IMG/VR virus record: IMGVR_UViG_3300034072_000375
Span: 1 to 64,000 of that record
Source of the DNA: a virus
Length of the DNA stretch: 64,000 nucleotides
Reading direction: 5' to 3' (one strand)
A program made the translations under genes and the position numbers. The notes under the pieces are model-generated. The model was not told the origin of the DNA and did not search any database. It worked only from the letters and a program-made list of their open reading frames with translations. Of this stretch, positions 18,435 to 28,584 are shown one piece after another (positions within the stretch are counted from its first letter, which is position 1; each line of letters begins with the position of its first letter).

Positions 18435-19652
18435 ATGAAGAAACCGATTAGCTTTACTTGGGAAGTACGATCTGCTGTCCCCATTATTACCTTGTGGAAC
18501 TACAGGGGCGAAAAAATTCATTCTTTTGCTGTCAACAACCCTCCGAAAAGTGCAGCTAAGAATCTCCTCGGAAATAACAAACGCTATCTCAAAGAAGAAG
18601 CTAAGAAGTTTAATGAACAACACGGTATCCGTGCTACTAATGTAGTGAGGGTTGCTCGTGGTATTGTTTATAACGAAGTCTACAAGCAGTTTCCCGAGTG
18701 GTACAGACTTTGTCGCACAACGTCATGGACACCTATGGGGCAAAGGTTTGAGTACCTAGAAACTGAAGAGCTTCTACAGCAGTGTAGAAAGGACGGTATT
18801 GCTAATATTATTCCTATTGTTGCTTATTTCAAGAAATCCCCACAGGAACTAAAGAAAACTCTCGGGGAAACTACGTGGAAGAAGTTATGCAAGAACAGTT
18901 ACAGCCGCAACCGATTATTGTTCATGAAGAGTAATGCCCGATTGACGCCTGTAGATTGGAATGTTGTGCCCAGTACAATTCTAAAAAGTAGGACGCATTT
19001 CACGCCTGAAGTCTATTCATGGCTTATTCGTACTCAAGATATTCCTTTGAAGAATTACTCCAAGGACTATAATATTCAAAGAGAAGCTAGTATCTATATT
19101 GATACCCAACGAATGTGCATCGGTGCTGGAGAGACTTTCAACCCTAACTGGAGTAAACGCAGAATGAAGGAAGAGCATGACCGTCTTTCTCGGATGCAAC
19201 AAGAGATTGCTAACCGCCGACAAGCAGAGCGCAATGCTGAATACGCTAAACTCTTGAAGGTTGACTTCAGGGAGTTACACAAAGGTTTAGAGGTTATGGA
19301 GTTCGATTCTGGTGTTGTAGCTGTTCCATTGGTGAACATGCAGCAAGTTCAAGAGGAAGGTTCCAAGATGCATCATTGCGTAGGTAGTTATGCTAGAATG
19401 TGTGCAAAGGGTGAATATCTTGTATGGCACTTGACCAAAGGCAGTGTTGAGACTACACTTGGAATTGCAGTACAGTGCGAGAATTACGTCATTGCAATGA
19501 GTAAAGACAAGTACAACCTTCAACAGCACTATGGATTCTGTAATGCAGCAGTAGAGGATGAAGATTTGAAGGCTGCTGCTAAGAGTGTTGTTGAGATGCT
19601 TAACAAAAAGAACAAAGAAAAAGTTATTGACAGAGAGTTAGAATCTGCTTAA
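18435..19652 (+). CDS. PcfJ-domain protein
   Basis: MKEEHDRL...QEEGSKMHHCVGSY...TLGI...QHYGFCN. Confidence 0.8.
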   Translation: MKKPISFTWEVRSAVPIITLWNYRGEKIHSFAVNNPPKSAAKNLLGNNKRYLKEEAKKFNEQHGIRATNVVRVARGIVYNEVYKQFPEWYRLCRTTSWTPMGQRFEYLETEELLQQCRKDGIANIIPIVAYFKKSPQELKKTLGETTWKKLCKNSYSRNRLLFMKSNARLTPVDWNVVPSTILKSRTHFTPEVYSWLIRTQDIPLKNYSKDYNIQREASIYIDTQRMCIGAGETFNPNWSKRRMKEEHDRLSRMQQEIANRRQAERNAEYAKLLKVDFRELHKGLEVMEFDSGVVAVPLVNMQQVQEEGSKMHHCVGSYARMCAKGEYLVWHLTKGSVETTLGIAVQCENYVIAMSKDKYNLQQHYGFCNAAVEDEDLKAAAKSVVEMLNKKNKEKVIDRELESA

Positions 19653-19685
19653 AGTTCAGTTGTTTAAATTTTAAAGGAGTAAATT

Positions 19686-20030
19686 ATGTTCAAATTTATC
19701 AGTGGTCTTTTTGACTCTTCTAGTACAGCTAATCTTCAAGAGGGTTTTTCTTGGAATGTACCCTATGACGGAGAATTTCATAAGTATCATGATGGAGAGT
19801 CACCATACCTATCACAAGCAGAAATCCAAATGCTTCAACACATGATGGCTCAGTACATCCGAACGCATGAACAAGTACGCAAGGAGTTCAAGGAAGAAGC
19901 CTTGAGCTATCCTGTAGGGGATGAAATGCGGAATATGCTTTTCCGAGAGCACCGGGAAATCAAAGCAAAACTCAAAAAGCTCTCTGCTCTGCAATATCGC
20001 TTGAAGCATAAGATTGCTGCTCGGGGTTAA
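19686..20030 (+). CDS. Hypothetical protein
   Basis: 114 aa, SD AAGGAG. Confidence 0.7.
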   Translation: MFKFISGLFDSSSTANLQEGFSWNVPYDGEFHKYHDGESPYLSQAEIQMLQHMMAQYIRTHEQVRKEFKEEALSYPVGDEMRNMLFREHREIKAKLKKLSALQYRLKHKIAARG

Positions 20031-20130
20031 AGGCTCGGGAAGGCCCCTAATGGCCCCTAGAAGGTGGTTTAAATGCTGAAGTAAGGGGTAGGTAGCCTGA
20101 GGCATAGATAATTGATTGTAGGCGGTTTAA
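20028..20130. repeat. 10-11 bp periodic element (gyrase-site-like), copy E
   Basis: Core TAAGGGGTAGGTAGCCTGA (20082-20100) is the exact reverse complement of 14028-14046. Phased AT/GC arms. Confidence 0.7.
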
Positions 20131-20498
20131 ATGGAAATAATCCTAATCATTCAAGGTGTCTTGATTGCCCTTCTGGTTTGGAGGGTGATTCATCTTGGAA
20201 ACCTTGTAGAGAAAATGCTAATTTGGCAAGATGATGTGGTAGCATTTCAGAATGCTCAGGTGTATTTGAATGGAATGCAGCGAGAGATTAATTCCTTGCT
20301 TGCTAAAGAGGTTAGTAGTCTTAATTTGATTGTAAAGGACTAACCATGTGGGTTGTTTATCTAATAGACGCAAGTGGATTCGACTGGGGTCATAAGTACT
20401 TTAATCACGAAGAGAACGCACGAAAGCATTTTGAAATGCTGGAGAAGGTGAAGATGTATTCTTTGCCTTGCATAAATAGAATTCTGACAGAGGACTAG

Positions 20499-20882
20499 AT
20501 GAGTCGTAAACGCTATACAATTTTCAGCACGACCTTTGATAAAAGAGGGAGGGCTATTGCTACAGGGATGAATGATTACTTCCGAAGTCATCCTTTGATG
20601 AAGTTTCATGCAGAACTCGTAGGAGAGTCCTCGGAGAAGATTTGGAAGCATAGTGAACTTGAAGCCTTGTTGCAGAGTAAGTCGAAAGAAGTGCACAGTA
20701 TTCTTGTACAGCGTTTTGATAGCGAAGGTAGACCGAAGCTTGCAAAGCCTTGTAGGACTTGTCAGAGTATTATCAAGAGCTATGGAGTGAAGATTGTAAG
20801 ATATACGACTGAAGAAGGGATCGAAGAGTATGAAGAACAAGCACATCAAAGCCTACATGAAGTGCGCTCAAGCATTTGCTGA
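20499..20882 (+). CDS. Zn-dependent cytidine-deaminase-like protein
   Basis: HSELEAL and AKPCRTC (HxE...PCxxC). Confidence 0.75.
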   Translation: MSRKRYTIFSTTFDKRGRAIATGMNDYFRSHPLMKFHAELVGESSEKIWKHSELEALLQSKSKEVHSILVQRFDSEGRPKLAKPCRTCQSIIKSYGVKIVRYTTEEGIEEYEEQAHQSLHEVRSSIC

Positions 20883-21246
20883 ATGCAGCCCTGCTACTCG
20901 TGCTAAGGTTGGTGCAGTGATTGTCAAGGATAACCGGATCATTTCTTGTGGTTATAATGCCTTTCCTGCACACATCGATGGCCCTTGTGAGTTACCAGAT
21001 GGAACCACCGATCCACGACTTCGCCACGCAGAAAAGAATGCGCTGATGGGTCTTGTACGAAACTCTGGAAGTGCTGTTGGTGCTACAATGTTCTGTACAT
21101 TGAGTTGCTGCGCGTTGTGCGCAAACGACATTATTGATGCAGGGATTGTCGAATTCCTGTTTCTTGAAACATACCGTGACACCTCTGGGCTTGACTTACT
21201 GAAACAAGCAGGTATAATCACAAGACAGGTTCAATTTAAGGAGTGA
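20830..21246 (+). CDS. dCMP deaminase
   Basis: KVGAVIVKDNRIISCGYN, HAEKNAL and SCCALCA..IIDAGI. Confidence 0.9.
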   Translation: MKNKHIKAYMKCAQAFAECSPATRAKVGAVIVKDNRIISCGYNAFPAHIDGPCELPDGTTDPRLRHAEKNALMGLVRNSGSAVGATMFCTLSCCALCANDIIDAGIVEFLFLETYRDTSGLDLLKQAGIITRQVQFKE

Positions 21247-21250
21247 AATT

Positions 21251-21646
21251 ATGCCTACACTGTATTTGATTCGAGGTATTCCAGGTTCCGGTAAGAGCAG
21301 CCTTGCCCGGATTCTTTTCGCTAATCAGGTTGTTGACGACTGCATTGAAGCTGACGAATATTTTGTGAATGACGGGGTTTATATTTTCAACCCTTACAAA
21401 CTGAAGGATGCACATGCTTGGTGTCAAGACCGTACCAGGGTTCTCCTCGGTCGTGGATATAATCTTGCTGTATCCAACACCAGCACCACAGAACAAGAAG
21501 TTGAGACGTACCGTAAGATTGCAGAAGAATGCAAGGCTAAGTTTATTAGTTTGATTGTCGAGAACCGTCATGGTGGGGAGAACATTCATAATGTTCCAGA
21601 AGAAAAGATTCAACAAATGAAGAAACGCTTTAGTTTCAAGCTGTAA
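21251..21646 (+). CDS. P-loop kinase (polynucleotide kinase/AAA_33-like)
   Basis: LIRGIPGSGKSS Walker A, EAD, VSNT and NIHNVP. Confidence 0.85.
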   Translation: MPTLYLIRGIPGSGKSSLARILFANQVVDDCIEADEYFVNDGVYIFNPYKLKDAHAWCQDRTRVLLGRGYNLAVSNTSTTEQEVETYRKIAEECKAKFISLIVENRHGGENIHNVPEEKIQQMKKRFSFKL

Positions 21647-21654
21647 AGGAAGAT

Positions 21655-22512
21655 ATGCTGAATACCTATGAACAAATGCTTGATCTTGTAAATCAGAAAC
21701 TTGCGACTGTTTCTGTCAATGGGAACTTGTCTACTTTTAAGTACGCCAAACGTGTAATGTTTGATTATCTTTGGGACACCAATCCGTTGCTATCGGAGTG
21801 CAGAGGTCACACATATGACAACACCACAGGAGAGATTGTAGTTGCTGCTCCGACTAAGAGTTTCAACTATCTAGAGAACAATTGGGGTCGAGAACTACAA
21901 CCTGATACGAAAGTTCAGATTGCTAAGAAGTACAACGGCTTCCTTGCTTGTGTATCTAAACATGAAGGTGAAATCGTAGTCAGCACAACTGGAAGCACTA
22001 AGTCTGAATTCGTAGTAATGGCTAAGAGTTTGATGCCTTGTTCTGATCCAGATGTTTATGATTCTTCTGTTACAGATTTCTATGAAATTATCCACGAAGA
22101 TGATCCTCACATTGTAGACGAGGGTAAGTTCCGTGCTGAGTGGTTAGGTTGCCGGGATAAGTCAAGCGGAGAAATTCTTGCTTGGGCAGGTCTTTCTGAT
22201 TTTATGACGCGAGATGAGGCACTTCAAGTTGCAGCGAACGACAAGGGAGAAGGTTTCATGATGTATGCCGAAGGTGATTATAGTAAAGCGTTCAAATTGA
22301 AGACTCCTTATTACTTAGGCAAGAAAAAACTAATGCGAATGTCCAAAAACAACGTAGATACAATGTACAAGTTACCTAAGACCGTGATAGAATCACTTCC
22401 TGAAATGTGGAAACACCTTCCTGAAATTATTACTGTTATGTTTAGCAAGGAAGAATGGATTGAAATGAACGACCAAGAACGACGAAAGTTTCTTGAGGCT
22501 ATTGTTAATTAA
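21655..22512 (+). CDS. RNA ligase (Rnl1-like nucleotidyltransferase)
   Basis: ECRG, KSFNY, motif I KKYNG, motif III FYEI, motif IV EGFMM and motif V FKLKT. Confidence 0.8.
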   Translation: MLNTYEQMLDLVNQKLATVSVNGNLSTFKYAKRVMFDYLWDTNPLLSECRGHTYDNTTGEIVVAAPTKSFNYLENNWGRELQPDTKVQIAKKYNGFLACVSKHEGEIVVSTTGSTKSEFVVMAKSLMPCSDPDVYDSSVTDFYEIIHEDDPHIVDEGKFRAEWLGCRDKSSGEILAWAGLSDFMTRDEALQVAANDKGEGFMMYAEGDYSKAFKLKTPYYLGKKKLMRMSKNNVDTMYKLPKTVIESLPEMWKHLPEIITVMFSKEEWIEMNDQERRKFLEAIVN

Positions 22513-22522
22513 GGAGTACAAT

Positions 22523-23101
22523 GTGACAACCTATATGACCTCGGATTTGCACTTTTACCATAAGAACATTTGCAAGTTCACAGATCGACACAAGGTAGTC
22601 CAGCAAGAGCAACACGAAGAGTGGTTGATTGACATTTGGAATAATACTTGCACGAAATCTGATAAGGTATGGCATTTAGGTGATTTTACTTTTCTGTCCA
22701 GGTACGAAGAAATTGCTGCACTTGTAAAGAAACTACCGGGTCAGAAGTTCTTCATCAAGGGTAATCATGATCGTACAAAGGTTTTGGATGCTTTGAAGAA
22801 AGACGGATTGATTCAAAATTGGTATCATTACGAAGAAATCAAGATTGGTGAAACACCTGCGTGTTTGTTTCACTTTCCTATTGCGTCATGGCACAAAGTA
22901 GGTTATGGTGCTTGGCACCTCCACGGCCATTCTCACGGGTCATATAAAGTCGAGCAAGGGAAAATCCTTGACGTAGGAATTGATAGCGCGTATAATTTAT
23001 ACGGTGAACACAAGTTCTTCTCGGAAGAAGATATCATAGAGTACATGAGCAACCGACAGATTAAAACTGTAGATCATCACCGAATTGTTGAAAAGGACTA
23101 A
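22523..23101 (+). CDS. Calcineurin-like metallophosphoesterase
   Basis: SDLH, LGD, GNHD, HFP and HGHSH. GTG start after AAGGAG. Confidence 0.9.
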   Translation: MTTYMTSDLHFYHKNICKFTDRHKVVQQEQHEEWLIDIWNNTCTKSDKVWHLGDFTFLSRYEEIAALVKKLPGQKFFIKGNHDRTKVLDALKKDGLIQNWYHYEEIKIGETPACLFHFPIASWHKVGYGAWHLHGHSHGSYKVEQGKILDVGIDSAYNLYGEHKFFSEEDIIEYMSNRQIKTVDHHRIVEKD

Positions 23102-23347
23102 CATGCTAACAAACATCCTAGAATTCTTCCGAGGGAAGAAAGATACTTTTGTAAAAACAAACGTATCTAGAGAGCATTACATGCCAGCTTACGTTGATAG
23201 CGACTTAGGAACCTACTGGCCTTCACAGTGGGATGAAGTACAAGTTGAAGAAATCGACTGGGAAGCCTTTGAGCAAGCCATGAAGGAACTTGAGGAGTCT
23301 TTTCAAGAAGGTGGAAGTAATTCGCACCGTAATCCATTGGTGAAATC

Positions 23348-23689
23348 ATGAGCGAATACATACCTGATTCATGGGTTATCGTTAAGATTCAATCCGAGAA
23401 ATATGGAACAATCTATAAAGTTCTAGCAGGCTGGTCTGGAAGTTATCTCTATGGTGCTTCTTGGAAGCTCTCTTCGGGGATTGTTACCTTTGAAGACAAG
23501 GGGGAGCATTACGAATCCTTGCAAGATTCTGGAAGCACTTACACTCTGTATAAGAGTTCAGAGAGAATGAGTGCTATTATGGCTAGTACTTTTGCAAGTT
23601 TTGAAGAGCAACTTAAAGGGAATGATGGTGCAATTGAAGTGATTGATTCAGGAGATTACGTGAATAATAGCAAAGGAGTGACTGAGTGA
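23348..23689 (+). CDS. Conserved phage hypothetical protein
   Basis: PDSWVIV..YKVLAGWSGSY..G.SWKLSSG..SGS.Y motif. Confidence 0.75.
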   Translation: MSEYIPDSWVIVKIQSEKYGTIYKVLAGWSGSYLYGASWKLSSGIVTFEDKGEHYESLQDSGSTYTLYKSSERMSAIMASTFASFEEQLKGNDGAIEVIDSGDYVNNSKGVTE

Positions 23690-24006
23690 CCAACAAAATC
23701 TACGCTAAAGACCTTGCACGAGCAATGTCTGAGACTTCTGATAAGATGTACACCATTTACGAGTGCCAAGATTTCTTGGATATCTTCCAAAGGACTATCG
23801 AAGGGTTGATGCTTGAAGGCACTCAAGTAACCCTTACAGGCTTTGGTTCATTCGCCCCTAAGTACAGCAAGCCAAGGGTTATGACTTCTGGGCTTACAGG
23901 AAAGGATTATGAAGTCCCTGCTGGGATGACTATGAAGTTCGTGGTTAGTCCTGCGTTTCAAGAAAATCTAAAGGCTAAATTCAGTGAAAGGAAGAGTCAT
24001 GAGTGA
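23686..24006 (+). CDS. HU/IHF-like DNA-binding protein
   Basis: VTLTGFGSF...PR....LTG....VPA..MKF signature. Confidence 0.85.
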   Translation: MTNKIYAKDLARAMSETSDKMYTIYECQDFLDIFQRTIEGLMLEGTQVTLTGFGSFAPKYSKPRVMTSGLTGKDYEVPAGMTMKFVVSPAFQENLKAKFSERKSHE

Positions 24007-24355
24007 CAATAAATCAGACGTTGAACGTTTTTACGATGCAGTTGCGGCTAAGTTTGGGGTACAAAAGAAGTTCAGTGAATTGACGCCTATGGAAGTCAAT
24101 ATTCTCTGTCAAGGTGTGTCAATGATTTTGCAGGTTGTGAGAGACTGATATGAAAGCACCTTGTACAAGCTTTGGTCAAACTAAAATGGTTGACGTAAAT
24201 GTTTACCTGAACGGTAAGAAACTTCAAGAAGTTTTTGAATGGGACGAGGACTATTGGATTTGTCGTCCTGAAGAGTGGTATGGTCTTATGTCAGAATCTT
24301 TGAAGTACAAGCGAGTAAGAGTTATTACCGAGGAAGATTGGAAGAAAGGTACACT

Positions 24356-24751
24356 ATGCAACGACAATTAATCTACTCAGCATGGAAGACACCAGACGGT
24401 ACGCTTCTACATAGCCGACACAGGCATGACTATTGCGAACACTTTGATGCCGTATCTAAGGAATGGTATATTCTTGATGGAGGCGCGGATTACCAAAGAT
24501 GTTCTATCAATACAGTACCTCCAGAAGACTTGACGCTTTATGCTGATGCCCCTCACGAGAAGATCAGAGAAGTCTTTATCTGGAAGTCCTACGGAAAGAA
24601 CTTCTCGCAGCCTGAAGGGGTTTATACACTGCTGAAGGATTTGACGGATGATCATTTAGAGGCTATACTTGATACACAGACGCATCTTCCTGAGTATATC
24701 TTGGAGATGTTTAGGAATGAGCAATTGTTTAGGAAGGAAAACCAATGCTAA
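24356..24751 (+). CDS. Hypothetical protein
   Basis: TPDGT.L.SRHRHDY...DGG.DY.R...LKDLTDDHLEAI. ATG after AAGG. Confidence 0.7.
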   Translation: MQRQLIYSAWKTPDGTLLHSRHRHDYCEHFDAVSKEWYILDGGADYQRCSINTVPPEDLTLYADAPHEKIREVFIWKSYGKNFSQPEGVYTLLKDLTDDHLEAILDTQTHLPEYILEMFRNEQLFRKENQC

Positions 24752-25092
24752 CAATCCAAGACTGGCTTGACGCTGGCTACAAACGCTACGACAATCATGC
24801 ATACAATAACGCGGACTTCCTCCTGCAGAAACGCTTCGATGATTCAGAGGGTAAGAAGTACTTCATTGACATTTGGGTGTACGAGCACTCAAAGCATGAG
24901 TACTACAGTCGCAACCCTGCCTTGCCGCCTGTGGGTTTTCAACCTGAAGTACAATTTCAGCGAGGAGATAAGATGACGTTGGACATGACGTTTATCATGA
25001 ATCAAGACAGCACTATTGCTGAGATTGAACAAGAGGTTGAGTGCTTTTGGTTGTTTCTGGAGAAGCCTTATTACCGCAAGTGGGAGGAATAA
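24745..25092 (+). CDS. Hypothetical protein
   Basis: 115 aa, SD AAGGA. Confidence 0.65.
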   Translation: MLTIQDWLDAGYKRYDNHAYNNADFLLQKRFDDSEGKKYFIDIWVYEHSKHEYYSRNPALPPVGFQPEVQFQRGDKMTLDMTFIMNQDSTIAEIEQEVECFWLFLEKPYYRKWEE

Positions 25093-25324
25093 ACTATGAC
25101 AGTAAAAGTTAAATTCAAAGGCGATAAGATCAAGGTTCAAGCTGGTGAGGGTTATTGCTCGAATGTCAAGGACTTGTTGATTCTTACGGATAACGGGAAC
25201 GGGTACTTCGTGAAACGCAAGAGTTATGTTTCAACGGAAGCAGATCAGGTGTTTAACCTAGATTATGCTGCGTTGGAGTACTTGTACTTTGCTTATAAGG
25301 CTATTTTGGAGAAGGATGGACATT

Positions 25325-25867
25325 GTGAAGATTAACCAAGCAGACACTTATAAATATGAGATATCTCATTTTGGTAAACTTGTTGAGCACGCAGAAGGTA
25401 AGGCGGGAGCTTGTTTTGACAACGTGATTGATTACTGCGAGAAGTACAAAGAATTAGGTCAAAACACAGGTGTTTCACTGGTGCTTGGTTTGCGTACATT
25501 TGATGACGACAAGTGCACAATGTGTTATCATTACTTAGTAAAGAACAATGACACCGGAGAATTCAGTGATCCTCAGTATTGGCGTTACACTTTTGTAGAA
25601 CTTCATAATTGGTCGTTAGATGAATACAAACGAGAGATTGAGGAATTTGAAAATGAAAAAGGTTTCCGACAATCATCAGAATTCTTTCAGTGGTATTGTG
25701 AAAATAACAATAAAGCATTGAAGTCCGTGATTGAACTTATTAAGGATTTAGCTGATTGCAAGGTGAAGCTGACTTCACAAGCAATTCGTGATTATTTTGA
25801 ATTAGGTTATATCAGCTTCAAACCCACTTACGGTAAGAAAATGTTTTCTCTTTTGAATGTTGGTTAA
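25325..25867 (+). CDS. Hypothetical protein
   Basis: About 180 aa from GTG 25325, immediately upstream of the primase. Confidence 0.6.
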   Translation: MKINQADTYKYEISHFGKLVEHAEGKAGACFDNVIDYCEKYKELGQNTGVSLVLGLRTFDDDKCTMCYHYLVKNNDTGEFSDPQYWRYTFVELHNWSLDEYKREIEEFENEKGFRQSSEFFQWYCENNNKALKSVIELIKDLADCKVKLTSQAIRDYFELGYISFKPTYGKKMFSLLNVG

Positions 25868-25873
25868 GGAGGA

Positions 25874-27598
25874 TTGAAAATAGCAAATTTTGTTAAACAC
25901 ACATCCTGTCCAGACTGCGGCAGTAGTGACGGTTTGGCTGTGTATGACGATTCATCATCGCATTGCTTCGTATGTACAAAAACCATTCCTAGCGAAGAAT
26001 ATAAACAGGAACGAAAAAGTTATTCTAAGAATAAAAAAGTCAAAGTAAAAGGAAAGGATGAAATGACAGAAAAAGTAAAGGCTTCAGTTACACCAGAAGA
26101 AACAGAATCCCTCAAAGGGAAAACAGGTCTAACTGCTGGTGGATATCGAGGTATTCGTGATGATGTACTGAAAGTGTTCGGAGTACGCACTGAACTAGAT
26201 GCGTCAGACGAGGTACTCGCACGTTACTATCCCTGTACAACCGAAGGAGAACTCACAGGATGGAAGCGCAGGGGTCATCCTAAGAACTTTGGAGGAAGCA
26301 TCGGTAACACAGGAAACTCTTGCGATCTGTTCGGTCAATTCCGTTTCAAGAACGGTGGTAAAGTATGTCTGATTGTCGGCGGGGAAGAAGACCAACTCGC
26401 TGCTTATCAGATGTTGAAGGATTATTACGTTTCTAAAGGTTGGGACTTTGAACCCGTGGTGGTATCACCAACAGTAGGAGAAACGGGCTGTGCAAAGCAG
26501 ATTGCCAATCAGTACTCTTGGTTCGATGGTTACTCCAAGATCGTGATTGGTATGGATACGGATGATGCTGGTAAGGCCGCAATTGAAAAGATTATTGCCG
26601 TTCTTCCAAAGGGGAAGACTTTCATTGCTAACTGGTCGTTGAAAGACCCTAATGAAATGCTTTTGAAAGGTAAAGAAAAGCAGTTTATCAGTGATTTCTA
26701 TAATGCTAAAGCGTATGTTCCGGTTGGAATAATGGCTTCTTCTGATCTTTATGATAAAATCCTGCAACAGGCATCTGTAGAAAAGACACCGTTTCCACCT
26801 TGGATGGGTAAACTCAATGAGATGTTTGTGGGTGGTATGCCCGGCAATGCTATCATTAACATAGCAGCAGATACAGGTCTAGGAAAAACAACCCTTGTGA
26901 ACTCTATGGTTGAGTATTGGATTTTTAACTCTCCGCATACGGTAGGTGTAGTATCGATGGAACTTGATTCTTCTCAGTACGGAGAAGCCCTTCTGGGTCA
27001 ATATATTCATCGCAAGATTTCTTTGATTGCTGACATGGACGAGCGTTTGCGCTTTTTGAAATCAGATGAGATTAAAGGTAAAGCGAATCAGTTATTTCTG
27101 AAAGAAGATGGTTCACCGCGCTTTTATCTTCTTGATAACAGAGATGGTTCTGTAGAAGACATTCAAGCTGCGATTGAAGAACTTGTAGTTGGTTGTGGAG
27201 TAAAGATTATCATTCTTGATCCGTTGCAAGATGTACTCGATGGTCTATCAAACGAAGAACAGGCTCTTTTCATGAAATGGGCAAAGGGGCTTATTAAATC
27301 TCACGGAACAACACTGTGCCTGATTAATCATATGAGGAAGACCCCTGCCGGTCAGTCTGGGGGTGATCATGAAAGCAACATTATGGGGTCAAGCACTATT
27401 ATTAAATCAGCTAGTGCTAATATCTTATTGAAAAGGGATAAAATGTCAGACGACCCGATTTTACGCAACACCACAGAGATTTCGGTCACAAAGAATAGAC
27501 TATACGGTATTACTGGCCCAGCAGGTGCTGTTTACTACGACAACCAAACAGCGAGACTGCATAATTTAGATGATTGGTTAAACGAAAACGCAGGATAA
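25874..27598 (+). CDS. DNA primase-helicase (T7 gp4-like)
   Basis: Zn finger CPDCGSSDG...CFVC, TOPRIM (GGEED, DTDDAG, KDPNE), Walker A ADTGLGKTT, IILDP, H(M)RK and KNRLYG.TG. Confidence 0.93.
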   Translation: MKIANFVKHTSCPDCGSSDGLAVYDDSSSHCFVCTKTIPSEEYKQERKSYSKNKKVKVKGKDEMTEKVKASVTPEETESLKGKTGLTAGGYRGIRDDVLKVFGVRTELDASDEVLARYYPCTTEGELTGWKRRGHPKNFGGSIGNTGNSCDLFGQFRFKNGGKVCLIVGGEEDQLAAYQMLKDYYVSKGWDFEPVVVSPTVGETGCAKQIANQYSWFDGYSKIVIGMDTDDAGKAAIEKIIAVLPKGKTFIANWSLKDPNEMLLKGKEKQFISDFYNAKAYVPVGIMASSDLYDKILQQASVEKTPFPPWMGKLNEMFVGGMPGNAIINIAADTGLGKTTLVNSMVEYWIFNSPHTVGVVSMELDSSQYGEALLGQYIHRKISLIADMDERLRFLKSDEIKGKANQLFLKEDGSPRFYLLDNRDGSVEDIQAAIEELVVGCGVKIIILDPLQDVLDGLSNEEQALFMKWAKGLIKSHGTTLCLINHMRKTPAGQSGGDHESNIMGSSTIIKSASANILLKRDKMSDDPILRNTTEISVTKNRLYGITGPAGAVYYDNQTARLHNLDDWLNENAG

Positions 27599-27624
27599 AT
27601 TGAAACAAGAAAGGATTTGTAAAT

Positions 27625-28566
27625 ATGAAACTTATAGACTTAACAGGTAAGAGATTTGAAAGACTTACAGCGGTAAGGGTGTCGGGTCATAAACCCGTTA
27701 AGTGGGAATGTGTCTGCGATTGTGGCAATGTAGTAAATGTTTCCGCAGGTAATCTCACAAAGAAAACAAATTCAACACGTTCGTGCGGTTGCTTGTGGGC
27801 TTCTGATATTAAAATTGAAGTGGGACAAGTCAGAGATTCAAACTCGGGTAAGTTCGAGGTTGTTGAATTACTTGGAGGAGAAAAAGTCCTTTGTAGATTC
27901 GAAGACGGAAATACTGTTGTTGCACAAAAAGGAAACATCCGAATTGGCAACGTATGGAATCCGTATTATCCGGCCATTCATGGGATGGGATTTGTTGGAG
28001 TAGGAGATTACTCAACGAAAATTAAGGCTCATCATTATTGGTCTAAAATGATGCAGCGTGCGTATTGTCCTATTTATAAAAAAGAACATCCAACGTATGA
28101 AGATGTTACCGTGAGTCCTGATTGGTTAAATTATCAAATATTTGCTGAGTGGTGTACCAAAAGAAAGCAGTACGGAAACATGGGGTACAATCTTGATAAA
28201 GATATCATCGTCAGAGGAAACAAAATTTACTCAGAAGATCACTGTACACTTGTACCTCAAAGAATTAATAAGTTACTGATAACTAAAACAAACGTGCATT
28301 CAGATACGCCTCTTGGTGTAAAAAGAATTAAGGATAAATTTAACAGGGTGATAGGCTACACTGCGACTTGTCATGATAATGGAAAAGAACTATACTTCGG
28401 CTACTATTCTAATCCAGCAGATGCTTTCTTTGCTTACAAAGCAGGAAAAGAAGCCTTGATTAAGAGGGTTGCAGATGAATACAAGCACATGTTAGATGAC
28501 AAAGTTTACGATGCTTTGTTAAAGTATGTAGTCTTTGACACAAATGGAATTGTTCAAATAGATTAA
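27625..28566 (+). CDS. Free-standing homing endonuclease (HNH/AP2-type)
   Basis: DLTGKRFERLT..WECVCDCG..SCGC N-terminus, WSKMMQRAY, LDKDI..YSEDHC.LVP..IN and PLGV. Confidence 0.8.
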   Translation: MKLIDLTGKRFERLTAVRVSGHKPVKWECVCDCGNVVNVSAGNLTKKTNSTRSCGCLWASDIKIEVGQVRDSNSGKFEVVELLGGEKVLCRFEDGNTVVAQKGNIRIGNVWNPYYPAIHGMGFVGVGDYSTKIKAHHYWSKMMQRAYCPIYKKEHPTYEDVTVSPDWLNYQIFAEWCTKRKQYGNMGYNLDKDIIVRGNKIYSEDHCTLVPQRINKLLITKTNVHSDTPLGVKRIKDKFNRVIGYTATCHDNGKELYFGYYSNPADAFFAYKAGKEALIKRVADEYKHMLDDKVYDALLKYVVFDTNGIVQID

Positions 28567-28584
28567 GCAAGATTAAGGAGTAAA

